DNA of 64,000 nt from Candidatus Aminicenantes bacterium (GTDB lineage Bacteria; Acidobacteriota; Aminicenantia; S016-38). The notes under the pieces were generated by a model. The model made no database searches and was not told where the DNA came from. It saw only the letters and a program-made list of their open reading frames with translations. Shown piece after piece: positions 56,339-64,000 of the stretch (position 1 is the first letter of the stretch; each line of letters opens with the position of its first letter). Both the position numbers and the translations under genes were made by a program. Location: the NCBI GenBank assembly GCA_027068075.1, contig JAMOUJ010000006.1, positions 346,706 to 410,705 of the forward strand, read 5' to 3'.

Positions 56339-56387
56339 GATTCCTAATCCCAAGGTTGTGGGTTCGATTCCCGCCAGCCGCACTTAA
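56339..56387 (+). repeat. 49-bp direct repeat, copy 2 (duplicated tRNA-Arg 3' half)
   Basis: GATTCCTAATCCCAAGGTTGTGGGTTCGATTCCCGCCAGCCGCACTTAA. Confidence 0.95.
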
Positions 56388-56788
56388 ATTGAGTCCCCCA
56401 GGTCTTCCCGATAGATCGCCTTCACCCAGTAATGAACTTCCTCCCCCGCCGACGGAGGGTTAAAATCCACCAGGGCCTCTTCTCCCTCAAAACCCCTGAG
56501 TCTCGCCGTCCATTCTCCGGCGGGGGTTTTGAGGAGGAATTCTTCCCCTTCCTTGAGGTCCCCTGGAATAAGGTGGCGGGGGATTCTCTTTATTTTCCTC
56601 TCGTCGTAAGGAACCCTTATCCAGAATTCCTTTTCTTCCCCGGGTTTCATATCCCTGAGTTTTTCCTCCAGTTCCGGCCAGACCTCTCCGCTTCCTATCC
56701 TGAGTTTCAGCGGGCCCTGGAACCGGGAATTGCCCAGGACCCGCCCTTCCCGGTCGGTTATCCTGTATTCAAGGACGAGAACGATCAC
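56384..56788 (-). CDS. FKBP-type peptidyl-prolyl isomerase (SlyD-like, no His tail)
   Basis: Y...D.EG, G.G.....LE..L..M..GE, VDFN.P.AG. Confidence 0.8.
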   Translation of the reverse strand: MIVLVLEYRITDREGRVLGNSRFQGPLKLRIGSGEVWPELEEKLRDMKPGEEKEFWIRVPYDERKIKRIPRHLIPGDLKEGEEFLLKTPAGEWTARLRGFEGEEALVDFNPPSAGEEVHYWVKAIYREDLGDSI

Positions 56789-58272
56789 TTTATTTCTTCC
56801 CAGATGGCCACCTCAATAACCCTGTAATCGGTGCTTCTGGCCTTCACTTCGTGGGAGAAGTTATAGGTCCAGCCCAGGGACGGCAGGGGGCCGACGGCTT
56901 CGGTGGTTACCAGAAACTTCGCCGGGAGAAAGCCGAAGCCTGTGGCTGCGTCCAGGGGATTGGGTTTGTCCCCGTGCTGGGCGTCCACGGGAACCCATCC
57001 GTAGCCCGGGAAGTAAACCTCGGCCCATCTGTGAAAGACCCAGTCGTAGCCCGTCCCCCTCTCTACCACGGACCCCACATATCTTGCGGGGATTCCTGCA
57101 GCCCGGAGAAGGGAGATGAAGGAAAAGGTGTATTCGGAGCAGGAGCCGGAACCCCTTTTCAGGACCACCGGGGCAGGGTTCCATCCCCCCGCCAGTTCGT
57201 AGTGAAGTCTTTCTCCCAAAAACTGGTAAATTTTCCTCACCTTCCGATAGTAGTTGTTTTCCCCCTTCAGGACTTGGTCCACCAGTTTTCTTATGTAAGG
57301 GTTTTTGATGTCGTATTTTTCTCCGTCCCTGAGATACAGTTTTTTTACCCTCTCCGGGATCTCTCCTTTCACGCTGGAGGGGGAAAGGAAGTAGTGAACT
57401 TCGTGGAGGACCACATCCACCACCAGGCTACAGTAGCGAACCTCTCCGGGTTTTATGTCCTTGAGACGGCAGGTGGCTATTTTTTGATCGTCTTCCACGG
57501 TGTATGTGGGGGAGAAGTCGGGTTTTATTTTCAGTATTTCCTGGAAATCCCTGTTCCTGGGCACGGCGAAGTGGAAGACCGCCTCCTGAACCCCTCCTCC
57601 GCCGGCTATTATCCCCTGGCGGAGGGTTATCCTCCATCTTTTCCCCGGTCCCTTTTTCACCTTTTTCTGAAAGAAGGAGTTTATGTCAACTTCGGCAATT
57701 CTGCCGGAAAAGTCCAGGATTTTTGCCTTTCCCCCTTCGTAGGAAAGGCCCACGGGAAGAGGGAGGTCCAGGGGAAAGAAGTTGAGCACCCAGCCGGTTT
57801 CCGGATCAATTTGATAGAGGAGTTTTTTCTTAGAATCCAGGGCCCAGATGTATCCATCCCCGTAGTCGGCGGCGGAAACGGTCCTGGAGGGGGAGGGGAA
57901 GGCGCCGAAGGAAGTCCCGTCCTGGGGGGAAAGTTTGTATATTTTACTGGAAGAAAAGCCCCAGAGGCATTTCCTTTCCGGGTCCCAGGCCACCGCCAGA
58001 AGGGGAGAAGGTCCCTCCAGGAGAACCCTCTGAAAGATACCGTTTTCCGACAGGGCTGCGATTTTGTTCTCCATCCTGGATACCACCCACCACCTTTCCC
58101 CGTCCCATGTGAGGTCCGTGGGAAGAACCAGGTCAGCCCTCAGTTTTTTCCCGTTTACTTCCAGGTGGGAATCCAGGTAAAGGGTGGCTTTGAAATTCCC
58201 TTTCCAGAAAAGCCCCACCGGTTTTGAAGCCCACAAAGACAAACTGAGCAGAATTATTAATGCCCTTCTCAT
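56785..58272 (-). CDS. Exported transglutaminase-like protein with N-terminal beta-propeller
   Basis: GSCSEY...F..L.RAAGIPAR, HRWAEVY.PG.GW.PVD (C-H-D triad). Confidence 0.85.
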   Translation of the reverse strand: MRRALIILLSLSLWASKPVGLFWKGNFKATLYLDSHLEVNGKKLRADLVLPTDLTWDGERWWVVSRMENKIAALSENGIFQRVLLEGPSPLLAVAWDPERKCLWGFSSSKIYKLSPQDGTSFGAFPSPSRTVSAADYGDGYIWALDSKKKLLYQIDPETGWVLNFFPLDLPLPVGLSYEGGKAKILDFSGRIAEVDINSFFQKKVKKGPGKRWRITLRQGIIAGGGGVQEAVFHFAVPRNRDFQEILKIKPDFSPTYTVEDDQKIATCRLKDIKPGEVRYCSLVVDVVLHEVHYFLSPSSVKGEIPERVKKLYLRDGEKYDIKNPYIRKLVDQVLKGENNYYRKVRKIYQFLGERLHYELAGGWNPAPVVLKRGSGSCSEYTFSFISLLRAAGIPARYVGSVVERGTGYDWVFHRWAEVYFPGYGWVPVDAQHGDKPNPLDAATGFGFLPAKFLVTTEAVGPLPSLGWTYNFSHEVKARSTDYRVIEVAIWEEIK

Positions 58273-58333
58273 CTATCCCTCCTTTTTCTTAATCAACTAT
58301 TCCATTATAATCCACTCCGCTTACAAAGAAAAC

Positions 58334-58362
58334 TTGACAAATTCCCCACAAATCCTTAAATT
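58334..58362 (+). promoter_or_regulatory. Sigma70 promoter of the metK operon
   Basis: TTGACA-N17-TAAATT. Confidence 0.6.
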
Positions 58363-58393
58363 TTTTATTTAACCCTAAATCAAGGAGGTTTCC

Positions 58394-59539
58394 ATGGGAA
58401 GGAGACATTTTTTTACATCAGAATCCGTAACCGAAGGCCATCCCGATAAAATAGCGGACCAGATTTCCGACGCCATCCTTGATGAGTTGATCAAACAGGA
58501 TCCCCAGTCCAGGGTGGCGGTGGAAACCCTGGTAACCACCGGGCTGGCCTTTATAGCCGGCGAAATAACCACCAGAGCCTACGCCGACCTTCCCTCCATA
58601 GTCCGCAGGACCATAAAGGAGATAGGATACACCAGGGCTAAATTCGGCTTTGACTACGAAACCTGCGCCGTAATATCCTCCATCCACGAGCAGTCTCCGG
58701 ATATAGCCATGGGGGTGGACACCGGGGGAGCCGGTGATCAGGGGATAATGTTCGGATACGCAGTGAGGGAAACCGAAGAACTCATGCCCCTTCCCATAAT
58801 GCTGGCCCACAAACTGGCCATGAGGCTGGCCCAGGTTCGGAAGGAGAAGGTGGTGGATTTCCTTCGCCCCGACGGAAAAACCCAGGTTACCGTAGAATAC
58901 GAGGACAAGAAACCCATCAGGGTGGATGCCATAGTGGTTTCCACCCAGCACAACGAAAAGGTTACTGCCGGGGAGATAAGGGAGGCCATAATAAAGCATG
59001 TGATAACCCCCATAATCCCTTCGGATATGATAGACGGCAACACCAAGTATTACATAAACCCCACGGGGAAATTCGTCATAGGTGGTCCCATGGGGGATAC
59101 CGGCCTTACCGGAAGAAAAATTATAGTGGACACCTACGGGGGAAGGGCCTATCACGGAGGAGGATGCTTTTCCGGAAAGGACCCCACCAAGGTGGACCGT
59201 TCAGCCTCCTACATGGCCCGTTACATCGCCAAGAACATAGTGGCGGCGGGATTGGCAGACGAAGTTTCCGTTCAACTGGCCTACGCCATCGGCGTGGCCC
59301 AACCGGTTTCCATCTTCGTGGAAACCTTCGGCACCGGGAAGGTTCCAGAGGAAAGGCTGGAAAAGGCCGTCAGGGAGGTCTTCCCTCTTACCCCCAGGGG
59401 CATGATTGAGCACCTGGACCTTCTCCGACCCATCTACAGGAAAACCGCCGCCTACGGTCATTTCGGGAGAAAGGATCCGGACTTCACCTGGGAAAAAACG
59501 GATAAAATAAAGGACCTTCTGGAGGCAACCAAGGCATGA
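58394..59539 (+). CDS. metK: S-adenosylmethionine synthetase
   Basis: [43 protein letters not shown]. Confidence 0.98.
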   Translation: MGRRHFFTSESVTEGHPDKIADQISDAILDELIKQDPQSRVAVETLVTTGLAFIAGEITTRAYADLPSIVRRTIKEIGYTRAKFGFDYETCAVISSIHEQSPDIAMGVDTGGAGDQGIMFGYAVRETEELMPLPIMLAHKLAMRLAQVRKEKVVDFLRPDGKTQVTVEYEDKKPIRVDAIVVSTQHNEKVTAGEIREAIIKHVITPIIPSDMIDGNTKYYINPTGKFVIGGPMGDTGLTGRKIIVDTYGGRAYHGGGCFSGKDPTKVDRSASYMARYIAKNIVAAGLADEVSVQLAYAIGVAQPVSIFVETFGTGKVPEERLEKAVREVFPLTPRGMIEHLDLLRPIYRKTAAYGHFGRKDPDFTWEKTDKIKDLLEATKA

Positions 59540-60792
59540 AATACCATGTAAAGGACCTTTCGTTAGCCGACAAGGGAAAACTCAGGATAGAATGGGCCGA
59601 TGCCCACATGCCTGTTCTGCGCAGGATCCGGGAGGATTTCAGGCGTGAGAAACCCCTGGAAGGAATAAGAATAGCCGCCTGCCTGCATGTGACCACGGAG
59701 ACGGCAAACCTGATGATAACTCTGAAGGAAGGGGGTGCTCAGGTGGTTCTTACGGCTTCCAATCCCCTTTCCACCCAGGACGATGTGGCGGCGGCCCTGG
59801 TTCGTCATTACGAGATTCCGGTTTTCGCCGTGAAGGGAGAGGACGAAAAAACCTACTACCAGCACATAGAGGCTGCCCTTTCCATAAAACCCCACATAAC
59901 CATGGACGACGGGGCGGACCTTGTCTCCACCCTTCACCGCCGGGGTGGCGATGTCTTGAAGGGGGTTATAGGCGGCACCGAGGAAACCACCACCGGGGTC
60001 ATAAGGCTCAGAGCCATGGCCAGGGAAGGGGTCCTGGCCTACCCCATAATCGCCGTGAACGATGCCTACACCAAGCACCTTTTTGACAATCGTTATGGAA
60101 CGGGTCAAAGCACCATAGACGGAATTCTGAGGGCCACCAACATCCTCCTGGCCGGGACGGTGTTCGTGGTGGCGGGCTACGGATGGTGCGGCAGGGGAGT
60201 GGCCATGAGGGCCCGGGGCGCCGGAGCCAAGGTGGTGGTAACCGAGGTGGATCCCCTGAGGGCCCTGGAAGCCAACATGGACGGGTTCATGGTCATGAAG
60301 ATGGAGGAGGCCGCCAAAATAGGAGATGTTTTCGTTACCGTCACCGGAGATAAACATGTTCTGAGGAGGGAGCATTTTGAACTCATGAAGGACGGAGCCG
60401 TGGTGGCCAACGCCGGCCACTTCAATGTGGAAATAGACATACCCGCCCTGGAAAAAATGTCCATTTCCAGAAGGAAGATCAGGGAATTCGTGGACGAGTA
60501 TAAACTTCCCGACGGTCGCAGAATTTATCTTCTGGCCGAGGGCAGGTTGATTAACCTTTCCGCCGCCGAAGGTCATCCTGCGGTGGTCATGGACATGAGT
60601 TTCGCCAATCAGGCCCTCTCGGCCCTTTATCTCAAGGAGAATGCGGATAAACTGGAAAGAAAGGTTTACAGGGTTCCGGAGGATATTGACCGCAGGATTG
60701 CCAGGATGAAACTTGACGCCCTGGGGATAAAAATAGACGAACTTACACCGGAGCAAAGGGCGTACCTTGAAACCTGGAAGGAGGGAACATAA
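59536..60792 (+). CDS. ahcY: Adenosylhomocysteinase
   Basis: [50 protein letters not shown]. Confidence 0.98.
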   Translation: MKYHVKDLSLADKGKLRIEWADAHMPVLRRIREDFRREKPLEGIRIAACLHVTTETANLMITLKEGGAQVVLTASNPLSTQDDVAAALVRHYEIPVFAVKGEDEKTYYQHIEAALSIKPHITMDDGADLVSTLHRRGGDVLKGVIGGTEETTTGVIRLRAMAREGVLAYPIIAVNDAYTKHLFDNRYGTGQSTIDGILRATNILLAGTVFVVAGYGWCGRGVAMRARGAGAKVVVTEVDPLRALEANMDGFMVMKMEEAAKIGDVFVTVTGDKHVLRREHFELMKDGAVVANAGHFNVEIDIPALEKMSISRRKIREFVDEYKLPDGRRIYLLAEGRLINLSAAEGHPAVVMDMSFANQALSALYLKENADKLERKVYRVPEDIDRRIARMKLDALGIKIDELTPEQRAYLETWKEGT

Positions 60793-61547
60793 TGGGAGAC
60801 AACCACTGGACCACGGAAATAACCAAAATTGAGCCCAACAAAATAGCGGTGAGGGGTTATCGGGTGGATCAACTTATGGGAAGGGTTAGTTTCCCCCAGG
60901 TTATTTATCTCATCCTCAAGGGGGAACTCCCTGACGAGAGGACGGGAAGGATGCTGGATGCTATCCTGGTCTCCTCCGTAGACCACGGAGCAACTCCGCC
61001 CTCCACCCTGGCGGCCAGGACCATAGCCTCCACCGGTTCCCCCCTTAACGCTGCCCTGGCAGGGGGAATTTTGGCCATCTACAAATATCACGGCGGAGCC
61101 ATAGAAAACGCCATGCGGCAGTATCTGGAAATCGTTGAAGAAGGCAAGGACCCCCTGGAGTGGGTAAAGGGTAAACTGGAGGCCAGGCAGATAATATACG
61201 GCTTCGGACACCGTTATCACAAGAACGACCCGAGAACTGCCAGACTTTTCCAGTTGGCCGAGGAACTGGGATTTGCCGGAAAGTATGTGAAGGTGGCCCG
61301 GGAGATAGCCCAGGCCATTGAGAAGGTGAAGGGTAAGCGTCTCCCGGTGAATGTGGACGGAGGTATTGCCGCCGTTCTCTGCGAGATGGGTTTTCCCCCT
61401 GAACTGGGAAACGCCTTCTTTATAATGGCCAGAACTCCCGGCCTCATCGCCCACATATACGAGGAGCAGACCAGGATGAAGCCCATGAGGAAAATTGACC
61501 CCGTGGACCACGAGTATGTGGGCCCGCCGGAGAGGGATTTGACTTAA
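60792..61547 (+). CDS. Citryl-CoA lyase (citrate synthase-like)
   Basis: W.T.I......I.VRGY, DHG..PPS, HGGA, GFGH, DPR, NVDG. Confidence 0.8.
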   Translation: MGDNHWTTEITKIEPNKIAVRGYRVDQLMGRVSFPQVIYLILKGELPDERTGRMLDAILVSSVDHGATPPSTLAARTIASTGSPLNAALAGGILAIYKYHGGAIENAMRQYLEIVEEGKDPLEWVKGKLEARQIIYGFGHRYHKNDPRTARLFQLAEELGFAGKYVKVAREIAQAIEKVKGKRLPVNVDGGIAAVLCEMGFPPELGNAFFIMARTPGLIAHIYEEQTRMKPMRKIDPVDHEYVGPPERDLT

Positions 61548-61573
61548 TCCAGCGGGTAAGTTAGAATTGCCAG

Positions 61574-62098
61574 ATGTTAATTCCGGTTGAAAAAATAGGC
61601 CCTAAAGGATTAGAACTGAGCCTTTTTCTGATGGTTAATCAGGGGAGGCTCACGGAGGGAAGAACTGAGTCCCCCGTTCATCTCAAGATAAAACTCCGCA
61701 GAAAGGGCAAGGCCATAAAGGCCGTGGGAAGGGTGAAGGGAGAGATAAAACTGGTGTGTAGCCGGTGCGCCGAAGAATTTCCCTTCCGCATAAATTCAAG
61801 TTTTTCCCTGGATTTGCTCCCCCTGGAGAGTTTGACCAGCGGGGAAGTGGAACTGGAGGAAAAGGACATGGATACCGCCTTTTACCGGGATGGCATCCTG
61901 GACCTGGACGCACTGACGGCGGATCAGATAAACCTTTCCATTCCCATGAAGCCCCTTTGTAAATCCAATTGTAAGGGGATATGCCCGGTATGCGGAGCCA
62001 ATAGAAACAAGGTCAATTGTGGTCACAAACCGGAATCAAGGGATCCCAGGTTTTCCCAATTAAAATTTCTCCTGGAGGTAAAAAATGGCACAGCCTAA
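61574..62098 (+). CDS. yceD: DUF177 (YceD) protein
   Basis: CSRC, P.KPLC...CKGICP.CG.N.N...C, DPR; upstream of rpmF. Confidence 0.88.
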   Translation: MLIPVEKIGPKGLELSLFLMVNQGRLTEGRTESPVHLKIKLRRKGKAIKAVGRVKGEIKLVCSRCAEEFPFRINSSFSLDLLPLESLTSGEVELEEKDMDTAFYRDGILDLDALTADQINLSIPMKPLCKSNCKGICPVCGANRNKVNCGHKPESRDPRFSQLKFLLEVKNGTA

Positions 62099-62279
62099 GA
62101 GGAGGCATTCCAGATCCCGCAAGGGCAAGAGGCGTTCCCATCACCACCTCAAAATGCCTGCGGTGGCCATATGCCCCAAATGCGGAAATCCCTACATACC
62201 CCACAGGCCCTGCCCTTATTGCGGGTATTACAACGAGAGGCTGGTGATTCAGCCCATGGAAGAGCATCTTGAAAAATGA
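62085..62279 (+). CDS. rpmF: 50S ribosomal protein L32 (Zn-binding type)
   Basis: MAQPKRRHS....RR, CPKCG....HR.C..CGYY. Confidence 0.96.
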   Translation: MAQPKRRHSRSRKGKRRSHHHLKMPAVAICPKCGNPYIPHRPCPYCGYYNERLVIQPMEEHLEK

Positions 62280-63337
62280 AAATAGGCATTGATGGTATGG
62301 GGGGGGATTTTGCCCCCCTGAACATCGTGGAGGGGGTGAGTCTCGCCGCCCGGAGGGTGGACGATATCGAGTTCGTAATTTACGGTCCCGAAAATCTCCT
62401 CAGAAGGGAACTGGAGAAATACCCCCCCATGTCTAATGTAAGTCTGGTCCATGCCCCGGAGGTGGTGGGCATGGGAGACAGCGTTCTTTCCCTGCTCAGA
62501 AGGAAGAGAAAAACCTCGCTCCACCTGGGCCTTGAAGACCTGGCCCGGGGCGAGGTGGATGCCTTCCTATCCGCAGGAAACACCGCCGCGGTGGTGGCCC
62601 TCTCAAGGAAAATAGTGGGCACCGAGGAGGGGATAGAAAGGGGAGCCATCCTGGTGGTTCTTCCTTCCATGAAGGGGGAATTTGTGATGATAGACGCCGG
62701 GGCCAATGTCTACGCTAAATCTCCGGATTATAGGAGAAACGCCATCATAGGTAAAACCTTTTCCCAGATTATTCTGGGGAAAAAGGAGCCCCGGGTTGCC
62801 CTTCTGAACATAGGGGAGGAAGCCAGCAAGGGGCACAAAATTTTAAAGGAGGTTCACAAGTCCCTTCAGGAAGCCCCCTTTAAATTCGTGGGGAATGTGG
62901 AAAGCAGGGAGATTTTCTTCAACAAGGCCGATGTGGTAGTTACCGACGGGTTCGTGGGCAACATAGTGCTGAAGTTAGCCGAGGGATTGGCGGAACTCTT
63001 CGTTCGCTATCTGAAGGATGCCCTCCGGGAGAAGTTCCTGTACAAAATGGGTTTTCTTCTTTCCCGGGGTGCCTTCAAAAAACTGAGGGATAAACTGGAT
63101 TACTCGGAATACGGAGGAGGACTTCTCGTAGGATTCAAGGGGAACATAGTGGTAGCCCACGGAAGAAGCAGCGGCCGGGCCATTGAGAATGCCATTCTCT
63201 TTACCCGGCGTCTTCCCATGTCAAAGTTCAGGGAGGTGTGGAGGCAGGAGGTCTTGAAGCACATTGATTGGGTAGAAAAAGGCGAAAGGAGGAAAAATGG
63301 GAGTAATAGTAACGGGACTTGGAGCCTCGCTTCCTGA
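62276..63337 (+). CDS. plsX: Phosphate acyltransferase
   Basis: D.MGGDFAP, SAGNT, DAGAN, LLNIGEE..KG, DGFVGN, HG.S. Confidence 0.95.
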   Translation: MKIGIDGMGGDFAPLNIVEGVSLAARRVDDIEFVIYGPENLLRRELEKYPPMSNVSLVHAPEVVGMGDSVLSLLRRKRKTSLHLGLEDLARGEVDAFLSAGNTAAVVALSRKIVGTEEGIERGAILVVLPSMKGEFVMIDAGANVYAKSPDYRRNAIIGKTFSQIILGKKEPRVALLNIGEEASKGHKILKEVHKSLQEAPFKFVGNVESREIFFNKADVVVTDGFVGNIVLKLAEGLAELFVRYLKDALREKFLYKMGFLLSRGAFKKLRDKLDYSEYGGGLLVGFKGNIVVAHGRSSGRAIENAILFTRRLPMSKFREVWRQEVLKHIDWVEKGERRKNGSNSNGTWSLAS

Positions 63338-64000
63338 GCGCAGGCTCACCAATCAGGATCTTGAAAAAATGGTGGACACATCCGACGAATGGATCACCAC
63401 CAGAACGGGAATTAAGGAAAGGAGAATTGCCGGAGAAGACGAGCCCAGTTCCAAGTTTGCCATCGGGGCGGCCAGGCAGGCCCTGGAAGATGCGGGAATG
63501 AAGCCCGAAGACATTGACCTTGTGATAGTGGCCACCGTAACTCCAGACATGATGTTTCCCTCCACCAGTTGCATAGTGGCCAGCGAATTGGGGATGGGGG
63601 AAATCCCGGCCTTTGACATCTCCGCCGGATGCTCGGGCTTCCTCTACGCCATGAGCGTGGGAGATTCCTTCATCCGCAGTGGCAGGGCGGACAATGTTCT
63701 GATAATAGGAGTGGAAACCCTCAGTAAAATCACCGATTGGACCGACAGAACCACCTGCATCCTCTTCGGAGATGGAGCCGGAGCCGCCGTCCTTAGCCGG
63801 TCGGAGGAAGAGGGAATCCTCTCCATAGAACTCAGGGCCGACGGGAGCAAGGGAGAACTTCTCTACATGCCCGCCGGCGGAAGCCGCATGCCCGCCTCTG
63901 AATACACCGTGAAGAACAGACTTCACTATTTGAAAATGAACGGCAGGGAGGTCTTCAAGTATGCGGTTACCAAGATGCCGGCCATTTCCAAAACGGCCCT
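63297..64000 (+). CDS. fabH: Beta-ketoacyl-ACP synthase III, 3' truncated by window edge
   Basis: Translated by hand from ATG 63297 (AGGAGG SD): TNQDLEKMVDTSDEWITTRTGIKERR, AGCSGF, DRTTCILFGDGAGA, MNGREVFK. Confidence 0.95.
   Translation, partial: MGVIVTGLGASLPERRLTNQDLEKMVDTSDEWITTRTGIKERRIAGEDEPSSKFAIGAARQALEDAGMKPEDIDLVIVATVTPDMMFPSTSCIVASELGMGEIPAFDISAGCSGFLYAMSVGDSFIRSGRADNVLIIGVETLSKITDWTDRTTCILFGDGAGAAVLSRSEEEGILSIELRADGSKGELLYMPAGGSRMPASEYTVKNRLHYLKMNGREVFKYAVTKMPAISKTA

Larger units (their letters stand above)
54621..56387. mobile_element. tRNA-Arg-integrated genomic islet (~1.7 kb, no integrase)
   Basis: Flanking 49-bp tRNA-derived direct repeats, visibly AT-rich interior, TA cargo. 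Confidence 0.85.

Noticed and set aside
56339-56387. Second tRNA-Arg gene
   Set aside because: Only the 3' half is present (no D-arm or 5' acceptor strand); it is an att duplicate
58273-58393. SAM riboswitch upstream of metK
   Set aside because: The promoter lies ~30 nt from the start, leaving no room, and no S-box consensus is seen
1-64000. CRISPR arrays, rRNA, transposases, integrases, prophage genes
   Set aside because: No regularly spaced repeats or recognisable motifs seen by eye; short or degenerate elements could have been missed

Overview
Gene-dense bacterial chromosomal window of about 60 CDS. It is GC-rich and diderm. OAR-type TonB receptors, an Acidobacteria-style Hfq paralog and heavy AGG/ATA codon use suggest a thermophilic Acidobacteriota/Aminicenantes-like organism (inference). 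Housekeeping genes include uvrB, dinB, pdxA, metK-ahcY and yceD-rpmF-plsX-fabH. It also holds an amine/omega-amino-acid catabolic operon with a TonB receptor, three diguanylate cyclases, an orphan MglA-like GTPase and GT-C glycosyltransferases. Two loci stand out. (1) An operon at 12.8-17.4 kb pairs heme O synthase with a 12-TM protein whose His pattern mirrors heme-copper oxidase subunit I but lacks the canonical CuB HH pair. It also encodes a non-catalytic FGE/NirV-like lipoprotein and two paralogous His-bearing membrane proteins. (2) A 1.7-kb AT-rich, integrase-less islet in tRNA-Arg(CCT), bounded by 49-bp direct repeats, carries a HicA-HicB-SecB toxin-antitoxin-chaperone (TAC) triad. Also notable are a His-less hybrid kinase and pervasive apparently leaderless transcripts. 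All calls come from motif reading; no database searches were run.
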